Shown here piece by piece: positions 10,385 to 20,642 of a stretch of 64,000 bases of DNA. Each line of letters starts with the position of its first letter. The first letter of the stretch is position 1. Origin of the DNA: an uncultured Actinomycetota bacterium (GTDB lineage: Bacteria > Actinomycetota > Actinomycetes > JAHEKZ01); the NCBI GenBank assembly GCA_963829525.1, contig CAWHIJ010000003.1, forward strand, positions 1 to 64,000. Reading direction: 5' to 3'. The notes beneath the pieces are model-generated. The model saw only the letters and a list, made by a program, of their open reading frames with translations. It ran no database searches and was not told where the DNA came from. Position numbers and translations under genes: made by a program.

Positions 10385-12031
10385 CCGAGGCGACCTTCCT
10401 CGACGTCAGCGCGCCTCAGCTCTTCTGACCGGTCGCTGGTCGATCCCCAGCCGCCACCGCCGGCGGTCTCCACTCGCAGCACCGAGCCGGGCTCGAGGAT
10501 GATCGACCCCTTCATCGCGACCGGCATCTCACTTCCGTCAGCAGACGTGACGCTGATGCGGCTGGGGGCGGCGTCCTGGCCGCCGTTCAACCCGCGCGGG
10601 ACGAAGTCGGGGTTCGTCTGCTCTGCGTAGTAGGTCACTCGTTGCGGGTGGTCGAGAATCTCGTATTCGCGGATCAACCCCAGACCTCCGCTGAAGGCAC
10701 CCCGCCCCTGCGATCCAGGGCGGAGCTCGCAGCGCAGCAGCCGCACCTGGTAGTTGGTCTCCACCACCTCGGCGGGCATCAGACCCACGTTCGACATGTA
10801 CGTGTCGACGCCGTCGATCCCGTCACCCTCCGGGGTCGCCCCTGTTCCGCCACCCACGACGTCACCGAGCACCGAGAACCGACCGAGTCGAGGAGACGCA
10901 CTTCCGATGTTCAGCCCGAAGAAGCTCACCGTGCTGCTGGCAACACCCAGCTCGGGCCAGAGGTCGATCATGGCGCGAATCAAGGTGTCGGCAAGCCGCT
11001 GACACGTGTTGTGGCGGACCGACACCGCAGCTGGCGAGTTGGGATTGAGCACATTGCCCTGGGGGCAGACGACGTCGACGGCGCGGAGTATTCCGTCATT
11101 GGCCGCCAGGTCGGGCGCGACGACGCAGCGAACCGCGTACACGATGCAGGCCCGGGTGCTCGCCCACGGCACGTTCATGGCCCCGGCTACCTGAGCTGCC
11201 GAGCCCGACAGATCCACCTTCAGGCGATCACCGTGCTTGGTGACGCTGGCGTGAATGCGTGTTGGGGGACCCCCGCGCCCGTCGTCGTCGAGAAATCCCT
11301 CGGCCTCGCCGACGCCGTCGCTCAAGGCGCTCAGGGCGTGATGGGTCGCGGTGGCGGCACGGTCGAGCATGGCGCGCAACACCGTCGACAACAGCTGGAC
11401 CCCGTAGCGGTCAGCAGAGCTCGAGCACGCGGTCTCGGCCCACCGTGCAAGCTGCTCGCTGAGCACGCAGATCTGAGATCGTCGTGAGCGGGTCGCGGAT
11501 GTTCTCGGTCAGGATCGCCACCACATCGAGGTTCTCCTCGCCCGCGATCGAGAGGCGTACCGGCGGAATCACCGTCCCTTCCGCGTAGAGGTCCTGCAGC
11601 TCCGGCCCCTCGCTCCCGGGATTCACGCCGCCAACGTCGATGTGGTGCGCAGCCGTACCCGCCCAGGCGATGATCCGGCCGTCGATGAAGATGGGGCTGA
11701 CCACGTTGACGTCAGGCAGGTGCATGGCCCCCATGTATGGGTGGTTGCACAGGTAGGTGTCGCCCTCCTGAATACGGTCACCCCACTTCTCCAAGATGGA
11801 CCGCACCACCAACGACATGGCACCGAGCTGGGCGGGGATGTAGTCAGCCTGCGCCACGAGCTCGCCGTCGGGAGTGAAGAGCGCGCACGAGAAGTCATCC
11901 ATGTCTCGGATGATGGGGCTGTAGCTCGAGCGCTTGAGCGCTGCGCCCATCTCCTCGGCGATCGAGTGCATCGCAGAAGCAATGACCTCGAACGTGACGA
12001 CGTCAACCTCGGCTTCGTGAAGGTCTGTCAT
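10381..12031 (-). CDS. hyuB: Hydantoinase B/oxoprolinase family subunit; frameshift near 11465
   Basis: SSYSPIIRD..DFSCA, NHPYMGAMHLPD, HHIDVGG; C-half GGGTGA, ETAGGGGWG. Confidence 0.88.
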
Positions 12032-14094
12032 CGAGCCTCCTCCATCAACATCAGCTCGCCTGCTTCAAGAACGGTGGCGTACTGGTTGTCCAGCACGACG
12101 GTCGTGGCGTCCATCTGGTGCACGATGGCGGGACCGCTGATGACATTGCCGGGCTTCAGCAAGCTGCGGTCGTAGACGGCAGTCTGGGTACTTGAGTCCG
12201 ATCCAGGCAGCGTCACCTCGGCCGTACCGATCAATGCTTTCGGGTCGACGGCCTCGGTCAAGGTGGCCGTCACGGTCTCACCCTGATGCGGGTACCGGCC
12301 CTGGGCTGCGACCCGGAGCGTCACCAACTCGACCGGCTCGGCTCGATTGGCGTGCCCGTAGCGCTCTTGGTGCAGGTCTGCGAAGGCCTCACTCAACCGA
12401 CTCACGTGCTCGGCGGACAGCGCCGAAAGGGGGACACTCAACTCGTAGCCCTGTCCCAGGTAGCGACAGTCGATCGACGCATCGACCGAGATGGCGTCTG
12501 CAGGGATACCGTCGCTGATCAACTGGTCGGTGAGGATCTTCGATCGGTCCTCGAACCACTGCACGACATCCTCCGGTGCCGTCTCGTGGGCGAGCGTCAA
12601 CAACGTCTGTGAGTCGTCGATCCGAAGTCCCGCAGAGAGCAAGCCTTCGGCGGAGAACAGCCCCGGGTACCTCGGAATGATCACCCCGGTGACCCCCAAA
12701 TGCCGCAGCAGAAGGCCCGCGTGCAGCGGACCCGCACCACCGAACGGCACCAGCGTGAACTCCCTCGGATCCAGGCCACGCTCGATGCTGACCTTGCGCA
12801 CCGCCCGGACCATTTGGGCCACCGAGACCGCGATGATCGCTTGGGCCGCCTCGACCGTCGACATGCCGATCTGCGAGCCGACCTCATCGACGGCCTTGCG
12901 GGCCGCGGTCCGGTCAAGCGGCAGATTGCTGGCCAGGGCCGCCTGACCCAGTGTGCCCAGAACAACGTGGGCATCGGTCAGCGTGGCACGGTCACCGCCT
13001 CGACCGTAGGCAGCCGGCCCAGGATCAGCCTTCGCCGACTGCGGGCCCACCCGGAGGCGACCAGAGGTGTCGACCCAGGCGATGCTGCCGCCCCCAGACC
13101 CGATGGTGTGGATGTCCACCGTCGGGGCCAGCACTTCGTGGTCGACGACCTGTTGGGAGGTGGCGATGGGTATTCGGTCATCACGAACGAGGCAGATGTC
13201 CGTCGAGGTCCCACCCATGTCGAGGCTGATGAGCCGGTGCACCCCGGTGCGTTTAGCCAAGTCCATCAGGCCCGTCACCCCGCCGGCCGGCCCGGAGAGG
13301 ATGAGCCGGTGCGCTGCGGTTGCCGCTCGGGTGGCGGGAACGCAACCGCCGTTGGACTGCATCATCAGGAAAGGTGCGTCCATCCCCATGTCGCGGACAG
13401 CATCAACCGCGCGGCCCAGGTACTGACCCACCACGGGTTGCAGCGTGGCATTGATCGCCGTCGTGGAGGTTCGGGGGTACTCGCGAAACTCCCGGACAAC
13501 CTCACTGGACATGCACACCGGAACGCCGGGTAGCGCGGCCCGCAGTGCGTCGGCCAGGAGCCGCTCATGGCGATCATTGACGTACGAGAACAACAGGCTG
13601 ATGGCGACCGACTCCGGCTGGGTCGCCACCACCTCCCGGACGACGCGCTCCAGCTCAGCCTCCGTGAGCTCGGTAATGACCTCGCCGGACGCGTCAATGC
13701 GTTCAGCAGCACCGATCCTTCTGGAGCGGGGAATCAGCTCTGCCGGCCTCTTCGGCGTCAGGCTGTAGACGTCGGGGCGAGACCCGTTGCGATAGGCCAG
13801 TACATCGCGAAACCCTGCCGTACACACCAGCGTGGCATCAGCCCACTCGCCGGTCAGCATGGCATTTGTCGCCACCGTGGTGCCGTGGCATAGCAGGGCT
13901 ACCTCGTCCAGCGGGAGCCCGTGGTGAGACAACTCTGTGAGCACCGAGGTAAGGGCCTGCGAGGGATCGGCTGGGGACGACGGGACCTTCGCCACGAGAA
14001 GCTCACCATCGCGGCCGTGGGCGACGGCATCGGTGAAGGTCCCTCCTGCGTCGATGCTGACCAGCCAGCGGACTAACGGGGTCACTGCGACCAC
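12028..14094 (-). CDS. hyuA: Hydantoinase A/oxoprolinase family ATP-binding subunit
   Basis: IDAGGTFTD, HGTTVATN, SGPAGG, DMGGTSTD, GGAGPLH. Confidence 0.92.
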   Translation of the reverse strand: MVAVTPLVRWLVSIDAGGTFTDAVAHGRDGELLVAKVPSSPADPSQALTSVLTELSHHGLPLDEVALLCHGTTVATNAMLTGEWADATLVCTAGFRDVLAYRNGSRPDVYSLTPKRPAELIPRSRRIGAAERIDASGEVITELTEAELERVVREVVATQPESVAISLLFSYVNDRHERLLADALRAALPGVPVCMSSEVVREFREYPRTSTTAINATLQPVVGQYLGRAVDAVRDMGMDAPFLMMQSNGGCVPATRAATAAHRLILSGPAGGVTGLMDLAKRTGVHRLISLDMGGTSTDICLVRDDRIPIATSQQVVDHEVLAPTVDIHTIGSGGGSIAWVDTSGRLRVGPQSAKADPGPAAYGRGGDRATLTDAHVVLGTLGQAALASNLPLDRTAARKAVDEVGSQIGMSTVEAAQAIIAVSVAQMVRAVRKVSIERGLDPREFTLVPFGGAGPLHAGLLLRHLGVTGVIIPRYPGLFSAEGLLSAGLRIDDSQTLLTLAHETAPEDVVQWFEDRSKILTDQLISDGIPADAISVDASIDCRYLGQGYELSVPLSALSAEHVSRLSEAFADLHQERYGHANRAEPVELVTLRVAAQGRYPHQGETVTATLTEAVDPKALIGTAEVTLPGSDSSTQTAVYDRSLLKPGNVISGPAIVHQMDATTVVLDNQYATVLEAGELMLMEEAR

Positions 14095-14138
14095 CCTTCC
14101 TCAAGGTGGGGTAAGTCCAGCGCCTCGGGACAGACCTG

Positions 14139-14157
14139 CCATGCGTCGTATGACGTA
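14139..14157. promoter_or_regulatory. Palindromic operator TGCGTCG-TA-TGACGTA in second divergent promoter
   Basis: Near-identical (inverted) to 5835-5853. Confidence 0.65.
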
Positions 14158-14181
14158 CGCTGCCTGCAGAGGAGAGTCGAC

Positions 14182-15942
14182 ATGACCGACACGCAAGCTG
14201 TGCCGTCACGCTCCGGCGAGGTCGTCGTGACCGGCGTCGGAGATCTCCCACACCCCAAGAGCGCTGCTCCGCCGCCCTTGGTCGGTTTCGCTCTCGGGCT
14301 GCTGCGGACGACGCGCAACAGTGTCCGGTTTCTGTGGCGTGACGACGATGGCTGGCTGGCTGTCAGCATAGAAAGGCAGCGCCGGCACGACTTGCACCGC
14401 GATCAGGCGGTGCTCACGTACGCGTCGGTGCAGTTGCCCGGCGGCGTGACGGATCGAGAGATCAACATCTTGACCTTGCTGGCGCTGGGTCTGACCAACA
14501 TGCAGATTGCTGGAAGGCTCGGCACGAGCGCCCGCACGGTGTCGACACAGATCGAGCGCATGCTCGTCAAGCTGGGCCAGCCCAGCCGGGGAGGTCTGGC
14601 TGCCCTCGCTGTCGACGCCGGACTGATCCAGCTGCCCATCCCTGGGGGCGCAGAGGGCCTATCCACGATCGGTCCGGTCGAGGTGGAACTGGCGACGGGG
14701 CGCGTCGACGAGACCGCCCGGGTGCCCCGCCACCCGATCAGCGTGACCTTTCCTTCGCTCCGTCCGTTCCGCCTCGGGACCTTGTTGGGCGTCTGCGGAA
14801 CCTCCACCGCGGACGCCGACGAGATGCGTCGAGGATCGACGCTGGCGGTGGAGGAGATCAACCTGCGCGGAGGAGTGGCAGGGCGCTCGATCGAGCACGT
14901 GATCAGCCGGGTCGACATCTTCGACCCGGCTGACGTCGAGAGAGGCACGCTTGAGCTCATCGAGCAGGATGTCGACAGCATCACCACCAGCTATGTGAGC
15001 GCCCAAAATCCATTTGTGCTCGACCTGGTGTCCGACCACCAAATCCCGTTCTTGCACACGGCGACGTGGGAGGACCAGGTAAAGCAAGTCCAGGCGAACC
15101 CGGGCCGATACGGCATGGTCTTCCAAACCTGCCCGTCCGAGACGCACTACGGGCAGGGCCTGCTGCGTCTGCTTGCAGATCTGGAAGACCATGGTGATTG
15201 GCATCCCCGAGACCGCAGCATCCTTGCGGTCGAGCTCGACACCAACGGCTCACACACCACCACTGACGCGTTTCTGGCCGAGGCTCACCGGATGCGTTGG
15301 ACCGTCAGCGATGTGGTGCAGGTCCCCATCGGCGAGGTCGACTGGTCAGAGGTCCTCAGCAGCATCGAAAAGACCCAACCAGACGTGATCATGGTCAACC
15401 ACTTTGTGCCGGACGTTCTCGTCTCACTGCAGCGAGTCATCTCCCAGGCCCGTGTTCAGGCGCTTACCTATTACGTCTACGGGGCATCCATGCCGCACTT
15501 CCGCGATGCGCTCGGGAGCGATGCCGACGGCGTTATCTGGTCCACGGTGACCGGGCTGTACGAGGATCCACTCGGGCGCGACTTCCGTGCCCGGTACCGC
15601 CAGCGGTTCGGCACCGACGCCGGGTGGTCTCAGGCGAGCGCCTCGTACGATCAAGTGCAAATCCTCGCGGGGGCCTGGTCGGCCACAGCCACCAGAGACC
15701 GCCGCGAGGTGGCCGCGTACCTGCGCAGGAGCGCTCATCGTGGTCTCAACGGCGTCTACTTCATGGGCGGTGAGGGTCAGTCTGCCCTCAGCTATCCGGA
15801 CGTGACGCCGGACGCATCAATCGGTCAAGCTCAACTCGTTTTTCAGATCCAGCAAGGGGAATCACGCATCCTCAGCCCATTCCCGAACGGCACAGTTGAC
15901 GCATTCCGAAGGCCAGGCTGGTTCGACACCCTGACCGGGTAA
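14182..15942 (+). CDS. LuxR-type HTH fused to LivK/AmiC-like ligand-binding domain (one-component regulator)
   Basis: VTDREINILTLLALGLTNMQIAGRLGTSARTVSTQIERMLVKLG HTH; C-terminal domain collinear with 4433..5758; no signal peptide. Confidence 0.85.
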   Translation: MTDTQAVPSRSGEVVVTGVGDLPHPKSAAPPPLVGFALGLLRTTRNSVRFLWRDDDGWLAVSIERQRRHDLHRDQAVLTYASVQLPGGVTDREINILTLLALGLTNMQIAGRLGTSARTVSTQIERMLVKLGQPSRGGLAALAVDAGLIQLPIPGGAEGLSTIGPVEVELATGRVDETARVPRHPISVTFPSLRPFRLGTLLGVCGTSTADADEMRRGSTLAVEEINLRGGVAGRSIEHVISRVDIFDPADVERGTLELIEQDVDSITTSYVSAQNPFVLDLVSDHQIPFLHTATWEDQVKQVQANPGRYGMVFQTCPSETHYGQGLLRLLADLEDHGDWHPRDRSILAVELDTNGSHTTTDAFLAEAHRMRWTVSDVVQVPIGEVDWSEVLSSIEKTQPDVIMVNHFVPDVLVSLQRVISQARVQALTYYVYGASMPHFRDALGSDADGVIWSTVTGLYEDPLGRDFRARYRQRFGTDAGWSQASASYDQVQILAGAWSATATRDRREVAAYLRRSAHRGLNGVYFMGGEGQSALSYPDVTPDASIGQAQLVFQIQQGESRILSPFPNGTVDAFRRPGWFDTLTG

Positions 15943-16016
15943 GCCGAGGGCGCCTGGTCAGACTCCGCCGTCGCTGCTCAGACCCAGTCTCGAGCCCACC
16001 CGCGTACGCTTGCCGA

Positions 16017-16832
16017 ATGCCGTTCACCGTCAGCCACATCGCCGCGGTGCTTCCGGCTGGCCGGTTCCCCCTGCTGCGCGATCCGCTGATCTTGAGCGCC
16101 TTCGTGATCGGCTCGATGTCGCCGGACGTGCCGTACTTCGTGCCGTTCGCCTCGTGGACCGACAACTATGCGTGGAGCTACACCAGCCACGCCCCGTTGG
16201 CGGGATTCCTGGTCAACGTGCCCGTGACCCTGTCGCTGGTGACGCTGTACTGGCTGGTGCTCGCCGCGCCGCTACGAGCGCTGGCGCCCAACAGCGTCCG
16301 GGCGCGCTTGCCGCGGAACGTACTGCGGCCGCATCTGGCGACACCCCTGCGAACCGCGACGCTGCTGGTGCTCGCGGCGGCGATCGGATCGGCGACGCAC
16401 GTCTTCTGGGATGCCTTCACACACGAGGGCGGATTCGTCGTCACGGCTGTGCCGTGGCTGCAGCTGCCGGATCTGGTCGGACCGCTCCCCGCGTATCGCG
16501 TCCTGCAATACCTGAGCTCGATCTTCGGGATGGCCGTCGTCTGCTGGAGCGTCGTCCGCTGGTACCGCAGCACTCCCGCATCGGCGACCGTGTCGGCGGG
16601 GCTCGGCTGGCGTTGGCAGCTGGCGTTCGTCGGTGCGGTCGTGACCACCGGCGCGCTGGCCTTGTGGTCGGTGCGCGACCTGGCGTTCGGCATGACGGAC
16701 GTCTGGGACGTCCGCGAGCTTCTGGTCAGCGGGCTGACGCGGTCGATCGCCTTCATGGCCCTGGTCGTGCTGCTCGGTGCCCTCGCGGCTCAGCCGGCGG
16801 TGCTCCGCGCGGAGGCCAACAGCAACGGCTGA
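16017..16832 (+). CDS. DUF4184 family membrane protein
   Basis: MPFTVSH.AAVLP, GSMSPD, THVFWDAFTH, LQYLSS. Confidence 0.85.
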   Translation: MPFTVSHIAAVLPAGRFPLLRDPLILSAFVIGSMSPDVPYFVPFASWTDNYAWSYTSHAPLAGFLVNVPVTLSLVTLYWLVLAAPLRALAPNSVRARLPRNVLRPHLATPLRTATLLVLAAAIGSATHVFWDAFTHEGGFVVTAVPWLQLPDLVGPLPAYRVLQYLSSIFGMAVVCWSVVRWYRSTPASATVSAGLGWRWQLAFVGAVVTTGALALWSVRDLAFGMTDVWDVRELLVSGLTRSIAFMALVVLLGALAAQPAVLRAEANSNG

Positions 16833-17006
16833 CCGCGAGCTGCGCTGGCCCGGTGGCACGCATCGCCGCGATCGCCCGGAGCAGTCCCGTAACGGTCCCG
16901 TGACGGTCGATGTCGATCATGGCAATGCCGGCGAGGCTCCCGAACCAGGGGCACCCCCCACCCCGCCGGCGCCAGTCACATCGAAGAACCGACGAAGGGA
17001 CCGACA

Positions 17007-17873
17007 GTGAACTTCCGAAGTAAGGCTCCCACTCTCGTGGTTGCACTCTCACTCGCCACCACGGGGCTGGTGTTTGCACCGATCACGGCCACGGCCACGA
17101 CGGCCGGCCCCAGCGCCCGCCCAGGCGCTCCCGACCAGCCAAAGCTGGTACGCCTCAAGAGCAACGACAAGAAGCTCAGCGTCAGCGACACGCACTTCCG
17201 GCCGGGGGTCACCGAGTTTCGAGTGACCAAGACCGCGCACCGAGGATCATCGGTCGTCATCATCAAGTCCAACAACCTCGACCGCGCGTTCAAGAAGCTC
17301 GGAATCGCCTTCCAGGGCGGGCCCGGAAGCGCGGACGCCATGGCAGCCTTCGACAACCTTGTCACGATCTACGGAGGCGGCGGAGAAGGGTCCAGGTGGC
17401 AGGTCAACCTCAACCACAGTTCGAACTACTACGCGTTCGACATCAAGACCAACAAGCTCACTCGAATCAAGGTCAACGGCGAGCGCCGTGGGGCCAAGAT
17501 GCATCACGCCGACAGTTCGATCGTGGCCTACCAGAAGAACGATCTGAACCAGTTCAAGACCGACGGCAATCTCGAGGGGAACTGGGTCAGCTTCGAGAAC
17601 AAGTCAAAAGAGATCCACTTCGTCGAGGTGGACCGCGTCGCGAAGTCCACGACGGCCAAGGACGTCCGCGAGGGACTGAAATCTCCGAAGGATCCGAAGT
17701 GGCTCCGCCCTGGTGGGTTCTTCTTCGACGTGCAGTCACCTGGCATTAGGACGGTGCACTACCAAGAGGTGCAGGCGGGCCGTTACCTGCTCATCTGCTT
17801 CATGCCGAGCGAGATGCAGGACGGCGTCCCGCACGCGATGATGGGGATGTGGCAACTGGTGAACGCCGTCTAG
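17007..17873 (+). CDS. Secreted protein with C-terminal cupredoxin-like domain
   Basis: Signal peptide; EIH ... YLLICFMP..GVPHAMMGM type-1 copper-like His/Cys/His/Met set. Confidence 0.65.
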   Translation: MNFRSKAPTLVVALSLATTGLVFAPITATATTAGPSARPGAPDQPKLVRLKSNDKKLSVSDTHFRPGVTEFRVTKTAHRGSSVVIIKSNNLDRAFKKLGIAFQGGPGSADAMAAFDNLVTIYGGGGEGSRWQVNLNHSSNYYAFDIKTNKLTRIKVNGERRGAKMHHADSSIVAYQKNDLNQFKTDGNLEGNWVSFENKSKEIHFVEVDRVAKSTTAKDVREGLKSPKDPKWLRPGGFFFDVQSPGIRTVHYQEVQAGRYLLICFMPSEMQDGVPHAMMGMWQLVNAV

Positions 17874-17900
17874 CGCCACCGGCTCCATCCGCAAGACCCG

Positions 17901-17961
17901 TACGAGAGTTAGCCCCGGATTCTGCGCCTTCAACGGCAGACTTCCGGGGCTAACTCTCGTA
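17901..17961. repeat. REP/MITE-like palindromic element, copy 2
   Basis: TACGAGAGTTAGCCCCGGA ... TCCGGGGCTAACTCTCGTA between convergent genes; loop differs from copy 1. Confidence 0.85.
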
Positions 17962-17983
17962 GCAGCGCTGGTTCAGGTTCCCC

Positions 17984-19231
17984 TCAGCCGAGCGCCGCAC
18001 GTACGCGCTGGGCGTTGGTGTGCCCCACGTAGTAGGTGTCTTCCATGGAGTCTCGGAAGTGGAGCCCCGCCCAGATGCGGGCCATGAGGGTGTCAGCCTC
18101 GAGGGCGCTCAGGGTCGCGTACGACCGTGAACTCGTCGCCCCTGCCAGTGTGAGCGGGACATCGTCACCCAGCTCGGCACGCACACTGCCGGCGAACGAG
18201 CTGACGGCGGAGCCGTGCCCGCTCAGGTAGTCCGAGTACGGCGGATTGGGGAAGACCAAAGACGTCCACGCGGTGTCACCCGCGGTGTTGCCGTTGGTGT
18301 CGTTGTCCCCGGCCCGGATCGCCTCGTACGGACGCCAGAAGCCGTACTCATACTTTGCGCGCCACGTCTGGATGAACGTATCTGCAGTAGCGGCCTCACT
18401 CGTCGCGAAGAGGTTGGCGGTCCGCTCAAGACCGATCGGGTTCGCCTGCAGGTAGTTGCACAACGCCCCGTGCAGCTGAGCTACCGGGTTGGACGTCGCG
18501 AAGAACACGGCGACGTCGGTCTGGGCCTGAGTCCGGCTCGTGGGCGAACCGGCAGCCACACCCACGTCCTTCACCTCGTTGTAGTCAGTTGCGTATTCCG
18601 GTGAACCCAGCGCGTTGGGACCATCGACAGCAACTGGACCGTTGACAACAAGGGGGTCCACGAACCCCAGCCAGGGAGCGAGCATCCCTCCGGATGGCGG
18701 AGGGGCTACTGGAGCCCACACGCCTACCGGTACCGGGTTAGGCACGGTGTAGACGATGGACGCGTCGTTTCGGCCGTCCCCGACCCGACTGGCGATCATC
18801 TCTTGTGCCGCCTGTTGGCCGACGCGGATGCCCTTGCTCTTCGCCGCCCCATCCGGAATCGCCGAGAGGGTTGCGGTCAGGGCAGCGTCTAGATTGGCTG
18901 CCGACGCAGGGAAGTACTCGCTGAGGACGCCGTGCGCTGCCGTCGCGACGGCGGCGTGCGCGTCGGTGTTGCCGCGCTTGAGCGAGGCTTGCACCGCGTC
19001 GTTGACGGCCAGCCCCGTGAATCCGAGATAGAGCGCGCCCACCGGTGGTGGTTGAAGCCCTTCGGTGTAGACGGTGCGGATGGCGATCCGCTGCCAGTCG
19101 ATGACAACCTGGGCGTCAGCGCCCGGCGACACCCGAGAGGCAGATGCCCCCGTTGGCGCGCTGACGACGCCCAGCAGAACCAGCGGGACGAACAGCAGTG
19201 CCAGATGTCGGCGTGACTTCAGCTTCTTCAT
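17984..19231 (-). CDS. Secreted vanadium-dependent haloperoxidase / PAP2 superfamily protein
   Basis: KYEYGFWRP, YLSGH, ARIWAGLHF; signal peptide. Confidence 0.85.
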   Translation of the reverse strand: MKKLKSRRHLALLFVPLVLLGVVSAPTGASASRVSPGADAQVVIDWQRIAIRTVYTEGLQPPPVGALYLGFTGLAVNDAVQASLKRGNTDAHAAVATAAHGVLSEYFPASAANLDAALTATLSAIPDGAAKSKGIRVGQQAAQEMIASRVGDGRNDASIVYTVPNPVPVGVWAPVAPPPSGGMLAPWLGFVDPLVVNGPVAVDGPNALGSPEYATDYNEVKDVGVAAGSPTSRTQAQTDVAVFFATSNPVAQLHGALCNYLQANPIGLERTANLFATSEAATADTFIQTWRAKYEYGFWRPYEAIRAGDNDTNGNTAGDTAWTSLVFPNPPYSDYLSGHGSAVSSFAGSVRAELGDDVPLTLAGATSSRSYATLSALEADTLMARIWAGLHFRDSMEDTYYVGHTNAQRVRAALG

Positions 19232-19268
19232 GGAACTCGTCTCCGATCAGGATGGTGTGGGGGAGCAC

Positions 19269-20642
19269 TCACTTCGGCTTGATGTTCTGGTTGACGTGGA
19301 AGACGTTCTCGGGGTCGTACGCTCGCTTGATCGCGGCGAGACGCTCGTAGTTCGGCCCGTAGGCCGCGCGGACCCGTTCCTGGCCCTCGTCCATCATCAT
19401 GTTGACGTAGGCGCCACCGGCTGATGTGGGGTGCAGCGCCTCCCAGTAGTCGATGACCCAGTCCTTCAGGATCTTGGCGTTGCTCGGCTCAGGGTCGACC
19501 CCGACAATCACGCCACCCCACGTCACGTCGCGGTACGCGAACGCCGTGTCGGACTGCGCGACGTCGTTGACACGTCCGTCGATTGGGTACAAGTGCATCG
19601 TGGAGTGACCCGTCGGCAGGTCAGCACCGAACCTCTCGTGCGCGGCGATCGCCTCGTCGGAGATCTCGCGGAAGAAGTCAGCACGCCAGTACCACTGGAG
19701 CCCCGCGGGGTACAGGGCGTCGAACGCGCCCTGCAGCATTGGGAACGGCATCTCGTGGACGCCGACGAGGATCGGCGAGCCGAACTCGGTGAGCGGCTTG
19801 AAGACCTCATCGGACTTGCTGAGGTCACCGGTGTAGCACCAGACGACGGCGCAGGCCTTACGACCCCACAGCTCCTCTGGGAACGGCGCGGCCGGCGGGA
19901 TCGTGAGCACGGCGAACCATCCGCTGAGTTCACGGGGCAGCGTCGGAAGCAGATCGCGGTACCACCGCAGCACCTCGCCAGTGTCGCCGATGTCGTACAG
20001 CACCGGCCCGCCGAAGATGTTCGCGACGTCGTGGCCGCGGAACGTGAACGAGGTGACGATGCCGAAGTTACCCCCACCGCCGCGCAACGCCCAGAACAGA
20101 TCGGGGTGCGAGGTCTCGCTCGCCGTCACCAGCGATCCATCGGCAAGCACGACGTCCGCCGACTCGAGGTTGTCAACGGTGAGCCCGGCCCCGCGACTCA
20201 GGTTGCCCAAGCCACCGCCCAGGGTCAGCCCGGCTACTCCGGTGCTGCCGATGATCCCGGATGGCACGGCGAAACCGAACGGGTGCGTCGCGTGGTCGAC
20301 GTCTCCCCAGACCGCCCCGCCCTGGACGCGCACCTTCTTCTCGCCTGGCACGACGTCCACCCCGCGCATCTTGCTGAGGTCGATGGTCAGAGCGCCGTCC
20401 CACACTCCGAAGCCGTTGGCGTGGTGGCCGCCGCCCCGTACGGCGATCTCGAGCCCGGCGGCCCGCCCGAACTTCAGAGCGGCGATGACGTCGGCGGTGT
20501 CGACGCACGCCGCGACGGCAGCAGGCTGCCGATCGATCATCGCGTTGTGGACGGCTCGCGCCTGGTCGTAGTTCTCGCTTTCTGGCGTGGTCACGCTGCC
20601 TCTCATGGCGGCGGCCAGGGCGGTGAAGTCTGTTCCAGTCAT
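19269..20642 (-). CDS. FAD-binding oxidoreductase (VAO/BBE family)
   Basis: VRGGGHH, TGVAGLTLGGG, DLFWALRGGGGNFG, YDPENVF; GGAG RBS before ATG 20642. Confidence 0.9.
   Translation of the reverse strand: MTGTDFTALAAAMRGSVTTPESENYDQARAVHNAMIDRQPAAVAACVDTADVIAALKFGRAAGLEIAVRGGGHHANGFGVWDGALTIDLSKMRGVDVVPGEKKVRVQGGAVWGDVDHATHPFGFAVPSGIIGSTGVAGLTLGGGLGNLSRGAGLTVDNLESADVVLADGSLVTASETSHPDLFWALRGGGGNFGIVTSFTFRGHDVANIFGGPVLYDIGDTGEVLRWYRDLLPTLPRELSGWFAVLTIPPAAPFPEELWGRKACAVVWCYTGDLSKSDEVFKPLTEFGSPILVGVHEMPFPMLQGAFDALYPAGLQWYWRADFFREISDEAIAAHERFGADLPTGHSTMHLYPIDGRVNDVAQSDTAFAYRDVTWGGVIVGVDPEPSNAKILKDWVIDYWEALHPTSAGGAYVNMMMDEGQERVRAAYGPNYERLAAIKRAYDPENVFHVNQNIKPK

Noticed and set aside
11411-11466. Programmed frameshift or natural split of hydantoinase B
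   Set aside because: No slippery site evident; many similar indels in the window point to sequencing error
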